In this document: in pieces, positions 1 through 9,885 of the stretch
Layout of the letters: each line of letters opens with the position of its first letter
How positions within the stretch are numbered: the stretch's first letter is position 1
From: Bdellovibrionales bacterium
Lineage (GTDB): Bacteria > Bdellovibrionota > Bdellovibrionia > Bdellovibrionales > UBA1609
DNA length: 61,289 nucleotides
Assembly: GCA_007121385.1 (NCBI GenBank)
Contig: SKLV01000004.1
Coordinates: 1-61,289 of the forward strand
Reading direction: 5' to 3'
Notes under the pieces: generated by a model
What the model was told of the DNA's origin: nothing
What the model saw: the letters and a program-made list of their open reading frames with translations, nothing else
Databases searched by the model: none
Translations under genes and position numbers: made by a program

Positions 1-7
1 GTGGACT

Positions 8-1147
8 ATGGCAGAGGTGAAGGTGTCCAAAACCCAGGCAGTGCCCGAGTCTTCTCTTTACGAGGTGGCCAAGCTCTATTGTGAGCGGGGCGATCTCTTG
101 TTGGCTCTGGAGAAGCTCAATGAAGCGGCTTCTCAGGCCAAAAAGCTGCGCCAGATGGATGAGTTCCTCAAATGTCAGAATATGCTTTTGCGGATCTATG
201 CCGAGCTGGAAGACCATAAGAATATCGATGCCACCAAAGAGTATTTGCAGGACTTAGTGATTAAGGATCAGTTGGCCCTCAACTCTAAAACTTACTACAG
301 CTTGGCCCTTTGTGCTTCTTATAAGCGCCAACAGAAAGTGGCCCAGGAGTATTTGGAAAAGGCTTTGGCCCTGGCTTTGGAAAAGGATAGCAAGGAGGAT
401 ATCTGCTATGCCATCCATGGTTTGGCCTTAGTTTACTATGCCCAGAAGCGCTATGAGGATGCTTTAAAAGAGATCTACAATCTTCAGGTCTTCTTCCAGG
501 TTTTGCCCATGCCGGAACTCAAGCTCTCAAGCCGAATTCTCAATGGGCTGATTTTACGAGACATGGGGCAGACCGAGCAGGCTCTGGATGTTTTTTGGCA
601 GTGCTATGATATCTTGAAAACTCAGAAAAACCTCTACAGTTACCTCCATCTTCTCTTCGCCATGGGGGCCACCTATCAAGATATGGGTCACCATGATTTG
701 GCCCGCATTTACTTGATGTTGGCCAAGCGCTCGGTGGACCCGGAGAATTTGCCCTATTTGAGTCGCCGGATTGAAGCTCGACTCGAGGCCATGGGAGAGA
801 GTGATCACTCCGAGTACGACATTGTCTTTGATCGCTCTTCCAACTCGGTGATTGAGCGCAAAAAGGGGAAAGTGGATTTTAAAAATCAGTTTGTCCTCCT
901 GGATTTGTTGCGGCTGTTTTTGCGGAGTCCGGGAGAGGTCCATTCTAAAGAGTCCTTAGTCAAAAAAGTTTGGCGTCAGGACTATGACCCCGCTGTTCAC
1001 GACAATAAGATCTATGTGACCATTAAAAGATTGCGCAAGATGATTGAACCCGACTACGACAAGCCCAGATATATCTTTCGGGCTAAGAATGGTTATTACT
1101 TGAGTAAGAACACCAAGGTGTTGTTTCAGGCTGAGGGGTCTCAATGA
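8..1147 (+). CDS. TPR-repeat protein with C-terminal OmpR/PhoB-type winged-helix DNA-binding domain
   Basis: Helical TPR-like repeats (YYSLALCAS..AQEYLEKAL; AIHGLALVYY..YEDAL). C-terminal Trans_reg_C-like segment PGEVHSKESLVKKVW...IYVTIKRLRKMIE...GYYL. Confidence 0.85.
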   Translation: MAEVKVSKTQAVPESSLYEVAKLYCERGDLLLALEKLNEAASQAKKLRQMDEFLKCQNMLLRIYAELEDHKNIDATKEYLQDLVIKDQLALNSKTYYSLALCASYKRQQKVAQEYLEKALALALEKDSKEDICYAIHGLALVYYAQKRYEDALKEIYNLQVFFQVLPMPELKLSSRILNGLILRDMGQTEQALDVFWQCYDILKTQKNLYSYLHLLFAMGATYQDMGHHDLARIYLMLAKRSVDPENLPYLSRRIEARLEAMGESDHSEYDIVFDRSSNSVIERKKGKVDFKNQFVLLDLLRLFLRSPGEVHSKESLVKKVWRQDYDPAVHDNKIYVTIKRLRKMIEPDYDKPRYIFRAKNGYYLSKNTKVLFQAEGSQ

Positions 1148-1701
1148 ACCCATTGAAGAGATCACTTTTAGTTTTTAGCATTCTGATCGCTGTATGGTCT
1201 CCCTGGGCTCAGGCTCAGTTCGATGATCCTCTTCCTTGGCCTTGGGGTTCCGAGTGTCCCTTTCCCTGGGCTGAACTCGATGGGCTTTGGGAGATCAATG
1301 ACCCTGAAGTGGGAGGCTATTTCTATTTTGTTTTGGAAAACCAGTCTGAATGGGAAGAGAGGCCTCTGTTGAGGCTGTGGAAATATAGCCTAGACGGCCG
1401 CTTAGTGGCCTTTGGACAGGGTCATGTCCACTGGAGAGAGAAGTCCGTCCAGCTGACCCTAGCCCCCGCGGCGGGCTCGGTGATCAGTTACCAGATCATT
1501 TTACGCAGCTATCCCGATCATCGGCTCAAGGATGGGGCGAGCAGCTGCTTTGGGCCAGGTGGTCAGGTGATGCTCTTTACACTGCGCAAATTCTACAAAG
1601 AACGGGTTGTTGACCTTCACTACCACCTTAAAAAAGTGCGATTTGCTCCCCTTTTTGAAAGGGGTCGGCAAAAAGGTTCTAGACAGAAGCCGGATTTTTA
1701 A
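1144..1701 (+). CDS. Secreted hypothetical protein
   Basis: Signal peptide ending AQA; PWPWGSECPFPW motif; ATGA overlap with the upstream gene. Confidence 0.75.
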   Translation: MNPLKRSLLVFSILIAVWSPWAQAQFDDPLPWPWGSECPFPWAELDGLWEINDPEVGGYFYFVLENQSEWEERPLLRLWKYSLDGRLVAFGQGHVHWREKSVQLTLAPAAGSVISYQIILRSYPDHRLKDGASSCFGPGGQVMLFTLRKFYKERVVDLHYHLKKVRFAPLFERGRQKGSRQKPDF

Positions 1702-1732
1702 CTATTTTCGCCTCTCTTTTTAGAGAATCTCT

Positions 1733-1808
1733 AGGGCCTTAGCTCAGTTGGTAGAGCGCCACCCTTACAAGGTGGATGTCGTCGGTTCGACCCCGGCAGG
1801 CCCTACCA
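1733..1808 (+). tRNA. tRNA-Val (anticodon TAC)
   Basis: Acceptor stem AGGGCCT/AGGCCCT, D arm GCTC..GAGC, anticodon arm CCACC-CTTACAA-GGTGG, T loop TTCGA, encoded CCA; 76 nt. Confidence 0.97.
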
Positions 1809-1840
1809 ATTTTTCTGTTCCCCTTGCTCAGGAGTCCACC

Positions 1841-2353
1841 TTGCCAAAATCCAAGTCCAAAGGGACTCTGGGTCCTCTGGACCCCCGCCCTATGAGTCAA
1901 TCTTCAGTGACTATGACCGAGATGGTTTTACCAGTGCACACCAATTCACTGGGAACCATCTTTGGAGGTGTCATCATGTCCTGGATTGATATCGCTGCAG
2001 CCATTGCGGCCCAGAGGCATTCTGGTCGACCTGTAGTCACGGCAAGCATTGATGATCTTCATTTTATTGCACCTGCATACAATGGTTGGGTGGTGAATTT
2101 AAAGGCCAGTGTAAATTACGTATCAAAGACCTCCATGGAGGTCGGGGTTCGGGTGGATGCAGAAAACCCAGTGAAGGCTTGTAGTCACCACACAGCTTCT
2201 GCCTATTTAACCTTTGTGGCTTTGGATGAGGAGGGCAAACCCACTCAAGCTCCGCCGGTGGTGCCCGAGTCCAAAGAGGAAAAGCGTCGCTTTGCTGCCG
2301 CTGAGCTCAGGCGGAAATGGCGGCTGGAACGTCGTCAACTTCACGGCCGTTAA
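1841..2353 (+). CDS. Acyl-CoA thioesterase (hotdog fold, YciA-like)
   Basis: HTNSLGTIFGGVIMSWID motif, VVTASID, YLTFVALD. Start moved from 1748 (inside the tRNA) to TTG 1841 after AGGAG; ATG 1892 is an alternative. Confidence 0.9.
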   Translation: MPKSKSKGTLGPLDPRPMSQSSVTMTEMVLPVHTNSLGTIFGGVIMSWIDIAAAIAAQRHSGRPVVTASIDDLHFIAPAYNGWVVNLKASVNYVSKTSMEVGVRVDAENPVKACSHHTASAYLTFVALDEEGKPTQAPPVVPESKEEKRRFAAAELRRKWRLERRQLHGR

Positions 2354-2373
2354 ATCAAATTCCAGCCCAGGTC

Positions 2374-3105
2374 CTAGCTCCACACCAGAATTTGTTCTCG
2401 TCGATAGCCTAGGAGAGAGAAAACTAAAAAGAGGCTGGTAAAGCCGATCACGATGATCAGACTTTCACTGGGGAAGCTACTGCTGGAAGAGGCCCAGACC
2501 AGTTCGCCATAGTGTCGGGTGGGAGTCCACTCGCTCACTCGGTGCAATTTCTCAGGGAGCATTTGGGGAGGGGTGAGGAGGCCGCCAATATAAGAGAGAG
2601 GCAGATAGACCAAGTTGGCTAAGGGCAGGGCTGTTTTTTCTTTCACCCAGTAGCCAAAGGCAATTCCCATGGGGGCAAAGGCCAGACTGCCCAGGGCCAA
2701 GGTGACGAGCAGCTGACTGGCCTCCGTCCAGCTCCATCGGGCCGGGGTGAGAGTGAGAGCGAGAGTCAACACAAGGCCTGCGCTGGTGAGGGCCACTAAA
2801 GTGGCAATGAGAGCTCGGGAGAGAAGGGGCAGCCAAGAGGGAGCAGGTAGGGTGCGAATATACAATGTCCATTTACTTGTACGATCTTGAGCTGTCCCTA
2901 TGCCAAACTGGAAAAAGACCACACCAAAGACAGCAAAGGCACAAAAAGAGCCGGCCATAAAGGCCGCCTGACTCTGCTCCTGGCTCTCGGGGACAGCAAA
3001 AATAAAGTAAAACAGGCTGGGAAAGGCGAGGGTGGGGATGGTGTAGCCTGGTTGGCGAAGTAAGTCCATCAGCTGAAAGTGGAGTGTTCGCAAAAGAAGT
3101 TTCAT
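2374..3105 (-). CDS. ABC-2 type transporter permease
   Basis: About six hydrophobic segments; coupled to the upstream ABC ATPase by a 4-nt overlap. Confidence 0.85.
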   Translation of the reverse strand: MKLLLRTLHFQLMDLLRQPGYTIPTLAFPSLFYFIFAVPESQEQSQAAFMAGSFCAFAVFGVVFFQFGIGTAQDRTSKWTLYIRTLPAPSWLPLLSRALIATLVALTSAGLVLTLALTLTPARWSWTEASQLLVTLALGSLAFAPMGIAFGYWVKEKTALPLANLVYLPLSYIGGLLTPPQMLPEKLHRVSEWTPTRHYGELVWASSSSSFPSESLIIVIGFTSLFLVFSLLGYRREQILVWS

Positions 3106-3983
3106 GGTGGTGGCTCCGACTGCACTTCGTTGGTGAGGTGAATAAAAGCCTCCTCGATAGAGGGAGAAGAGACTTCTAGGTGAGAGAATTCGACCTTTTG
3201 CTCAAAGAGGGCCTTAAGTCTCTCTTCCGGCTGGGAATCACAGCAGATATAAAAATGATTGCCCTCCAAAGCCCACCGGGCATCCAGGCTTCGCAGATCC
3301 ACTTGAGATCTAAGCCGCACCTGGCGAGACTGCAAGAGAGCCTTTAAGCCTTGGGGGGTGCTCTCCCGCAAAACTTGCCCCTTGTGCAGAATGATCAAGC
3401 GGTCCCCTAGGCGCTCAGCTTCATCCATCTGATGAGTGGAAAAAAGCAGAGTGATCTTTTCGCGGGCCACATAGTCGCTCACAAAGTCATAAAAGCGATG
3501 GCGGTTTTCCAGATCAACAGCAGTGGTGGGTTCATCCAGAAGAACCACTTTTGGTCGGCCAATAAAGGCCAAGGCGAGCCCTAAGCGACGCTTCTCACCC
3601 CCGCTGAGGCCCCCGGTTTGCCGACTCATCAAATGGGTCAAATCAAAGGATTGAGCTAGAAAACCCAAAGCGAGGGGTTGAGAGTAGTGAGAGGACACCC
3701 AGCCCATGATTTCGGCCACTCGGGAGTGAGAGGGAAAGTCGTTCTCCTGAAGGCAAAAGCCCACCTGAGACTTTAACTGCGGATGTCCCACGGGTAAGTC
3801 CAAAATATTAATATCACCTAAAGTGGGTCTTCGAAAGCCGCTGAGTAAAGACATGAGAGTGGATTTGCCAGCTCCGTTGGGGCCAAGAAGGGCCACTTTC
3901 TCCCCCTCTTGTAAGGTGAAAGAGACCTCCTTCAGAGCCTGGCGTCCAGCAAAAGCCTTAGTCAAATTTGTGATTTTGATCAC
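3102..3983 (-). CDS. ABC transporter ATP-binding protein
   Basis: Walker A GPNGAGKST, signature LSGGE, Walker B LLDEPT, H-loop STH. Confidence 0.95.
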   Translation of the reverse strand: MIKITNLTKAFAGRQALKEVSFTLQEGEKVALLGPNGAGKSTLMSLLSGFRRPTLGDINILDLPVGHPQLKSQVGFCLQENDFPSHSRVAEIMGWVSSHYSQPLALGFLAQSFDLTHLMSRQTGGLSGGEKRRLGLALAFIGRPKVVLLDEPTTAVDLENRHRFYDFVSDYVAREKITLLFSTHQMDEAERLGDRLIILHKGQVLRESTPQGLKALLQSRQVRLRSQVDLRSLDARWALEGNHFYICCDSQPEERLKALFEQKVEFSHLEVSSPSIEEAFIHLTNEVQSEPPP

Positions 3984-4101
3984 AAAAACTCCTCAGAAAA
4001 TAGAACTACTTATTGAATCTCTCGTGGCGATCTTTGTCATGAGAAAAAGTTGGACATTGTAGGTATTTTCGTTAGCCTATGAATCCAACCAGGGGTGGGG
4101 G

Positions 4102-5166
4102 ATGCCAGAGATTTCAGGTCTTTTAGAGACAGCTCGTGAGGGAACTTTAGAGCCCTCACATCTGTTAGCTCAAGTTGAAACACTGATGCAAGAAAGCTTT
4201 AACTCTTTGCGGCCAGAACCTTTGGCCCAATGGAGTCGAGAGCACCTGCAAGCCGGAGGTCGTCGTCTGCGCGCCAGGATGGCCTTAGAGGTGGGACAAA
4301 TTCTCAATGTGGAAACTCAATGGGCGACCAGCTGGGCGGCGGCCTGTGAGCTTCTTCACAACGCCACTTTAGTTCTTGATGATATTCAAGATCAGGATTG
4401 TCAGCGTCGGGGGCAGCCCACGCTCTGGCAACAACATGGTTTGGGGCCGGCCTTGAATGTGGGAGAGCTTTTGTTGATGTGGCCTCATCTGATGGTTCGC
4501 CAGATGCATATTCCAGCCGAACAGCAGGTTCATCTTCTTGGAAAAATCGCCGAAACCTCTGTGGCTTTGGTCTGTGGACAGACGGAGGAGCATCTGTTGC
4601 AAGAGCAATTGGGTCGGGAGGACTTATGGCAGCTTTATCTAGAGGCCATCAGCGGCAAGACTTCGCCGCTCTTTGAGCTGCCCGTATGGGGTTCGGTCTT
4701 TTTGGCCAAAGGAGATCCAGTTCTAGCCCAGCGCTGGGCTCAGCCTTTTAGACAGTTTGGGGTGGTCTTCCAGTTGGCAGACGATCTGGCGGATGCTTTG
4801 GGGAAAAAACAGGGGCGCTCTCGGGGGGCTGATTTGTGTGAGGGCAAAGTGTCGGCACTCATTCCTCTCTATCTCAAGGAGCGACCAGATCAGCTCTCTG
4901 CCATTAAGGAACTTTTGCGGTCAGAGCGAAGTGAAGTCAGCGCCCAAGTGGTGGAGTATTGGCTCCAAGAGCTTCAGGCAGAGGGTGTTTTTGATGAACT
5001 CAAAGCTCGAATTATATATTGGCTTCAGGCTTTTACGCAAAGTCCTTTAAGACAGGAAAATCCTGAGATATTTAATATGGGAGTAAAATACCTTAAGCTG
5101 GTTCTGTCTGGCCTGGGTTGGTCTCAAGAAGAACAAGGAGATTTTTATGCCGTCCTCTCAAAGTAA
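4102..5166 (+). CDS. crtE: Polyprenyl diphosphate synthase (likely GGPP synthase)
   Basis: GGRRLR, ELLHNATLVLDDIQD..RRG, GQ, KT and FQLADDLAD motifs; first gene of the crt operon. Confidence 0.85.
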   Translation: MPEISGLLETAREGTLEPSHLLAQVETLMQESFNSLRPEPLAQWSREHLQAGGRRLRARMALEVGQILNVETQWATSWAAACELLHNATLVLDDIQDQDCQRRGQPTLWQQHGLGPALNVGELLLMWPHLMVRQMHIPAEQQVHLLGKIAETSVALVCGQTEEHLLQEQLGREDLWQLYLEAISGKTSPLFELPVWGSVFLAKGDPVLAQRWAQPFRQFGVVFQLADDLADALGKKQGRSRGADLCEGKVSALIPLYLKERPDQLSAIKELLRSERSEVSAQVVEYWLQELQAEGVFDELKARIIYWLQAFTQSPLRQENPEIFNMGVKYLKLVLSGLGWSQEEQGDFYAVLSK

Positions 5167-6715
5167 CTCGAAGGCTGTAGTGATTGGGTCCGGTTTTGGT
5201 GGTCTGGCTGCCGCCATCCGCTTAAGAGCTAAAGGCTACCAAGTCACTGTGGTCGAGGGAATGGATCAACCGGGCGGAAGGGCTGCTGTCTTCAAGAGAG
5301 ATGGTTTTACTTTTGATGCCGGACCTACAGTGATCACAGCTCCTTATCTGCTGCAGGAGCTATTTGGGTTGTTGGGGGCGGACTGGAAAGATTACTTTGA
5401 GTTGACCCCTATTGATCCCTTTTACCGCATTGTCTTTGCCGATGGCAGTCACTTTGACTATGTGGGTGAGGAAGAGCGCATTCTTGAAAACATTCGCCAG
5501 TTGAGCCCCGGGGACGTGGATGGCTATCGCCGTCTCGCCGCCCATGCGCAGAGAATTTTTGATGTGGGTTACACGGGGCTGGCCGATCAGCCCTTTGAGA
5601 AGTTTACAGATATGTTAAGAGTGGCTCCAGACATGATTCGCCTCCAGAATTATCGCAGCGTTTATGGTTTGGTGAGTCGATATGTGAAGGACGAGAGGTT
5701 GCGTCAAGCTTTTAGTTTTGAGCCTCTTTTGGTGGGAGGCAATCCCTTTACCACGACAAGTATTTATCTTTTAATCCATTGGTTGGAGCGTAAATGGGGA
5801 GTTTGGTTTGTTAAAGGAGGAACCACAGCTCTGGTTGGGGCTCTGGTTCGTCTCCTAACTGAACAAGGTGTGGAGTTTCGCTATGGCTCCCCGGTGGCAA
5901 GAATTCAGGTGGACAAAGGCCAAGTGAAGGCCGTGGAAACGGAGAGGGGAGAAGTGATCGCCGCCGATGTGGTGGTGGCCAATGCGGACCCCATTAAGGT
6001 CTATGGCCAAATGGTGGATTCCCGCTGGCTTAAAAAGCACAGCCCTCAGAGTCTTAAGAGAAAAAAACAGTCTATGAGCCTCTTTGTGGCCTATTTTGGT
6101 GCCAAGAAAACCTATCCCGATCTGGCCCACCACACCATATTGATGGGACCTAGATATCGAGGACTCTTGAAGGATATTTTTTCAAAGAGAGTATTGGCCG
6201 AAGACTTTAGTCTCTACCTCCATGCTCCTACCCGCACCGACGCCTCTTTGGCTCCAGAGGGTCATGAATGTTTTTATGTGCTCTCGCCCGTGCCTAATAA
6301 CTTGAGTGGGATCAATTGGCAGGAGGAGGGAGAGAGGTATCAAGACAAGATTTTTTCCTGGCTGGACAAAAACTATTTGCCCGATCTAAAAGCCAACTTG
6401 ATCTCCACCAGCTTTATCACTCCGGATTATTTTGAACAGAATTTGCGAACTCATCAGGGGGCGGGTTTTGGACTCGAGCCTAACTTTCGTCAGTCCGCTT
6501 ACTTTCGCTTTCACAATCGCTCAGAGGACATTCAGGGACTGTACTTTGTGGGGGCCAGCACTCACCCCGGAGCTGGAGTGCCAGGAGTTTTGAATTCAGC
6601 CCGTCTCTTGGATAAAGTTCTGCCTGCTTCGGCTCAATCTTGGGTGGCTCCCAAGCTCAAAGAGAGTCGATCTTCCGCCCCACGACAAGAAGGAGAGCCA
6701 CTTGACGCCTTCTGA
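5147..6715 (+). CDS. crtI: Phytoene desaturase
   Basis: VIGSGFGGLAAAIRL FAD motif, FTFDAGPTVIT, C-terminal LYFVGASTHPGAGVPGV. Confidence 0.95.
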   Translation: MPSSQSNSKAVVIGSGFGGLAAAIRLRAKGYQVTVVEGMDQPGGRAAVFKRDGFTFDAGPTVITAPYLLQELFGLLGADWKDYFELTPIDPFYRIVFADGSHFDYVGEEERILENIRQLSPGDVDGYRRLAAHAQRIFDVGYTGLADQPFEKFTDMLRVAPDMIRLQNYRSVYGLVSRYVKDERLRQAFSFEPLLVGGNPFTTTSIYLLIHWLERKWGVWFVKGGTTALVGALVRLLTEQGVEFRYGSPVARIQVDKGQVKAVETERGEVIAADVVVANADPIKVYGQMVDSRWLKKHSPQSLKRKKQSMSLFVAYFGAKKTYPDLAHHTILMGPRYRGLLKDIFSKRVLAEDFSLYLHAPTRTDASLAPEGHECFYVLSPVPNNLSGINWQEEGERYQDKIFSWLDKNYLPDLKANLISTSFITPDYFEQNLRTHQGAGFGLEPNFRQSAYFRFHNRSEDIQGLYFVGASTHPGAGVPGVLNSARLLDKVLPASAQSWVAPKLKESRSSAPRQEGEPLDAF

Positions 6716-7568
6716 GGTCATGGCCCATCATGCCAAGTCTTTTTATTGGGCCTCTCACTTTCTGTCACCCATCCGCTTTTCTCGAGTGGCGAGGCTCTAT
6801 GCTTTTTGTCGCCATGTGGATGATTCAGTGGATTTGACCACTCCTGAGGAGGGACGGCGCCAACTGGATCTGATTGGCCAGGAGATGCAGGGTCTGGCTC
6901 CAGCCCGGGCTGAGGTGGCCTTAATGCTGGAGCTGATGGAGGAGCTAGATATTCCCCTGGATTGGCCCATGCAACTTTGGCAGGGGGCCGATTTTGATCT
7001 GAGCGGGCAGAGCATTGAAACAGATGCCGATCTGCTCGTCTACTGTTACCGAGTGGCCGGGGTGGTGGGATTGCTGATGTGTCCCCTTTTAGGAGTGCAC
7101 AACCCCAAAGCTTGGCCCTTTGCCATTGATTTGGGAATGGCCATGCAGTTGACCAATATCTGTCGGGACGTGGGAGAGGATGCCGAGCGGGGACGAAACT
7201 ACATTCCCGCGCGGCGCTGGCGGCGGCCTGCGGGAGAACCGCCCCCCCAGGCGGGCGAATTGGTCTTGGAGCTCCTGGATCGAGCCGATAGCTATTACGA
7301 AAGTTCCAGGCGGGGTTACAGTTTTATTCCCTGGCGGGAGCGGCTAGCCATTTCAGTGGCCGCCCGAGTTTATCGGGGGATTGGAGTGAAGATTCGCAAG
7401 GACCCAGGGCAAGTAATGCATCGACGAGTTTATCTGTCGAAGGGTGAAAAACTCTACTGGACTCTTATCGGCTTAAAGGATTTTGTTTTCAGTTTTTCTA
7501 ATCACTTTGTCCCCCATCAACAGGAACAACATCAGGCTCTTCGGGGACTTCCGGGGGTGAGCTCATGA
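6702..7568 (+). CDS. crtB: Phytoene synthase
   Basis: KSFY, LYAFCRHVDD, YCYRVAGVVG, MQLTNICRDVGEDA; TTG start after AAGGAG. Confidence 0.93.
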   Translation: MTPSEVMAHHAKSFYWASHFLSPIRFSRVARLYAFCRHVDDSVDLTTPEEGRRQLDLIGQEMQGLAPARAEVALMLELMEELDIPLDWPMQLWQGADFDLSGQSIETDADLLVYCYRVAGVVGLLMCPLLGVHNPKAWPFAIDLGMAMQLTNICRDVGEDAERGRNYIPARRWRRPAGEPPPQAGELVLELLDRADSYYESSRRGYSFIPWRERLAISVAARVYRGIGVKIRKDPGQVMHRRVYLSKGEKLYWTLIGLKDFVFSFSNHFVPHQQEQHQALRGLPGVSS

Positions 7569-8356
7569 CCTATTCCCAATTCCATTTGATTTTTACTTTA
7601 CCTCTTCTTGCTCTTCTTATTTTTGTCTCACGCCGAACCTGGCTGGGACGAGAAAACCAGCTTTTTATGGGCCTGGGCTTTTTATGCCTTATTGCCTTTG
7701 TCTACACCACCCCTTGGGACAACTACCTCGTGTACAGGGGAGTTTGGGGCTACGAGCCCCATAGGGTCTTGGCCGTGATCGGCTATGTCCCCATAGAGGA
7801 GTATGCCTTTTTTATTCTGCAGACTTTAATCACAGGCTTCTTTTTGTGGAACCTGCGAGTTCGGTTTAATTGGAAAGGCTCACCCCGCCTTCCCTTAAGC
7901 CCCTTTTGGGTGAAGGCCTTAGGGGTTGGTTTCTATTTGGCCTTGGCTCTTTGGGGACTTTGGGTGTGGGGAGACCAGCCCTGGACCTATATGTCTTTAA
8001 TTTTGGTTTGGGCCTACCCGGTGTTGGCTTTTCAATGGGCCTATGGGGGGGACCAACTGCTGAAGGACTGGCCCTATTTTTTGGTAGGGGTTGCTGTGCC
8101 CACCCTATATTTTGGTGTGGCCGATGCCATTGCCATCTATCTGGGGGTTTGGGAGATTTCAGCCCTCTACACCACGGGTTGGATGATAGGGAATTTGCCC
8201 TTTGAGGAGGGTTTCTTTTTCCTCACCACTAATTTATTGGTTGTGCAGGGCCTATGGCTCTTTTGGTGGGTTTGGGATCAAGGCAAGATTCCAGGGCAAA
8301 ATCGACTGGTGCTCTGGGGCTCAGCTCCTCAGCAAGAAATGGAGATGAACAGATGA
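7565..8356 (+). CDS. Membrane lycopene cyclase with two CrtYc/CrtYd-type domains
   Basis: Two repeats of the cyclase pattern (YTTPWDNYL..VPIEEYAFF; ADAIAI..LPFEEGFFFL); follows crtB. Confidence 0.85.
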   Translation: MTYSQFHLIFTLPLLALLIFVSRRTWLGRENQLFMGLGFLCLIAFVYTTPWDNYLVYRGVWGYEPHRVLAVIGYVPIEEYAFFILQTLITGFFLWNLRVRFNWKGSPRLPLSPFWVKALGVGFYLALALWGLWVWGDQPWTYMSLILVWAYPVLAFQWAYGGDQLLKDWPYFLVGVAVPTLYFGVADAIAIYLGVWEISALYTTGWMIGNLPFEEGFFFLTTNLLVVQGLWLFWWVWDQGKIPGQNRLVLWGSAPQQEMEMNR

Positions 8357-8871
8357 GAAGAGAAAAAAAATATAAAATTTTAGTTGTCTGCCTTGTAGCT
8401 TTGAAGGTTTCACTTTTAAGTCTTGCCGGCTGCAGCCATCGTGGGGTCCATCAAGAGTGGTGGCGGGGGAGCTCTCACCAAGAGAGTATGGCAACGCTGG
8501 CTCAGCATTTGGGTGGATTTGCTGTGGCCATGTGGGAGATCGGTTACCGTTATCGGGAGCTTTACTGGGCGGGGCAGGACCAAAACTGGGAGTACGCTGA
8601 ATATCAGTTGGAAGAGATGAGAGAAGCTCTGGAAAAAGGGGTGGAAAGGCGTCCTGCTCGCGCCAATTCAACGCAGATGATCCTTCCCCTGCTGGATCGA
8701 ATGGAGAAGTTGATTTCTGAAAAAGATCTAGAAGCCTTTAATGGAGGCTTTCAAAAGCTCACTCAATCTTGTAATGCCTGCCATACTGCCGAACGAGTGA
8801 GCTTTATTCGCATTGAAGTTCCTCGGGAGAGGTTTTCGACCTTCAGTTTGCCCATGGCCCCAGGGCCTTGA
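8353..8871 (+). CDS. Helical c-type cytochrome lipoprotein (cytochrome c'-like)
   Basis: Lipobox LAGC; single C-terminal CNACH heme motif after amphipathic helices; ATG 8353 overlaps the cyclase stop (ATGA) with an upstream GGAG. Confidence 0.7.
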   Translation: MRREKKYKILVVCLVALKVSLLSLAGCSHRGVHQEWWRGSSHQESMATLAQHLGGFAVAMWEIGYRYRELYWAGQDQNWEYAEYQLEEMREALEKGVERRPARANSTQMILPLLDRMEKLISEKDLEAFNGGFQKLTQSCNACHTAERVSFIRIEVPRERFSTFSLPMAPGP

Positions 8872-8914
8872 CAAGCGTGGGCGAGGGATTGGGTCCTGAA
8901 TGGATGCTCCTTAT

Positions 8915-9727
8915 TTAATGGAGTTGTTGAGGACACAATAGATCTACTGTGTCTTCCAGGGCTTGGCGGACTAGATCTCTTTGGGTGAACATCAATCGAT
9001 CGGTGGCATATTCCAGATTGGGGCCCAAGGGCGACCAATCTCCCATTTGGCGCAGGAGCTGCTCCACCTCCAGGGCTCTGACGTCGGAGTCGGGGACAAA
9101 GTCTTTAGGTAAATGATAAGAGCGAATCAGCTCCAAAACATGAAAGTAAAGAGCCACCCAAGCCACCCCTCGGACCACTGTGCCTCGAACTCTTCCCCCA
9201 CCGTAGATTTGTGGATAGTGGTGTAGGGCTTGAATTAAAATGACTGAGGCCATGGTTTTAAAAGTAGGGCCTAAGGACTGTAAAAGATGCTGATAGCTGC
9301 GGGAGCTCTCCCCAAGCTGCAATAGGTTTTCTAGCTCTAACTCAAGCAAAATTCCATAGTGTCCGTTTAAAGCGGGCAGATAATCAATAGGTAGCCAAAG
9401 CGGGCTCAGCCAGTGGCATTGATGTTCTTGATACTGGACCACCTGAGTGGCTCGGGGGGCTTCGTTAAAGCCTTCGCAGGTTTGATAGTTAAAGTGTCCC
9501 CCCCGTAGGGCAAGAATTACTGTGCGTCGGGTCCTCTGCAGGGAAGAGGTATTGTAGAACTGGGGATAGAATTCGGTGTGATCAATCTGGCTTTGCGACC
9601 AATCTTCCGGCTCCACACAGAGGCCGTCGTAAGCTGAGTCTGAACCAAGGGCTCCGGCAAACGCAGGAGGAGAGCTGAAAGGGACGAAAAGAGCCAAAAA
9701 AACGACAGCGATCTTGAGGCCAAGCAT
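8915..9727 (-). CDS. Secreted hypothetical protein
   Basis: 270-aa ORF, signal peptide ending AFA, several Cys; no family recognised. Confidence 0.65.
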   Translation of the reverse strand: MLGLKIAVVFLALFVPFSSPPAFAGALGSDSAYDGLCVEPEDWSQSQIDHTEFYPQFYNTSSLQRTRRTVILALRGGHFNYQTCEGFNEAPRATQVVQYQEHQCHWLSPLWLPIDYLPALNGHYGILLELELENLLQLGESSRSYQHLLQSLGPTFKTMASVILIQALHHYPQIYGGGRVRGTVVRGVAWVALYFHVLELIRSYHLPKDFVPDSDVRALEVEQLLRQMGDWSPLGPNLEYATDRLMFTQRDLVRQALEDTVDLLCPQQLH

Positions 9728-9885
9728 TGCGCAGCATGATGTGGGTCTTTATGAGGCCAGGCTAGAATTTTTTATATTTTTGTAGAAAGTACCAGGCTCT
9801 GAAGCACTGCAAGTAGAAAAGTCTATGCGTTGTCAGCCTCTCCTCGCTTACGTAAAAATCTTTTATCTTCATTAAGGGGGGGATT

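Noticed and set aside
1733-1808. tRNA as an island attachment site for the crt region
   Set aside because: I saw no duplicated tRNA 3' end and no integrase in the window.
1748-1840. N-terminal extension of the thioesterase ORF
   Set aside because: It reads through the tRNA-Val gene; an SD-supported TTG lies at 1841.
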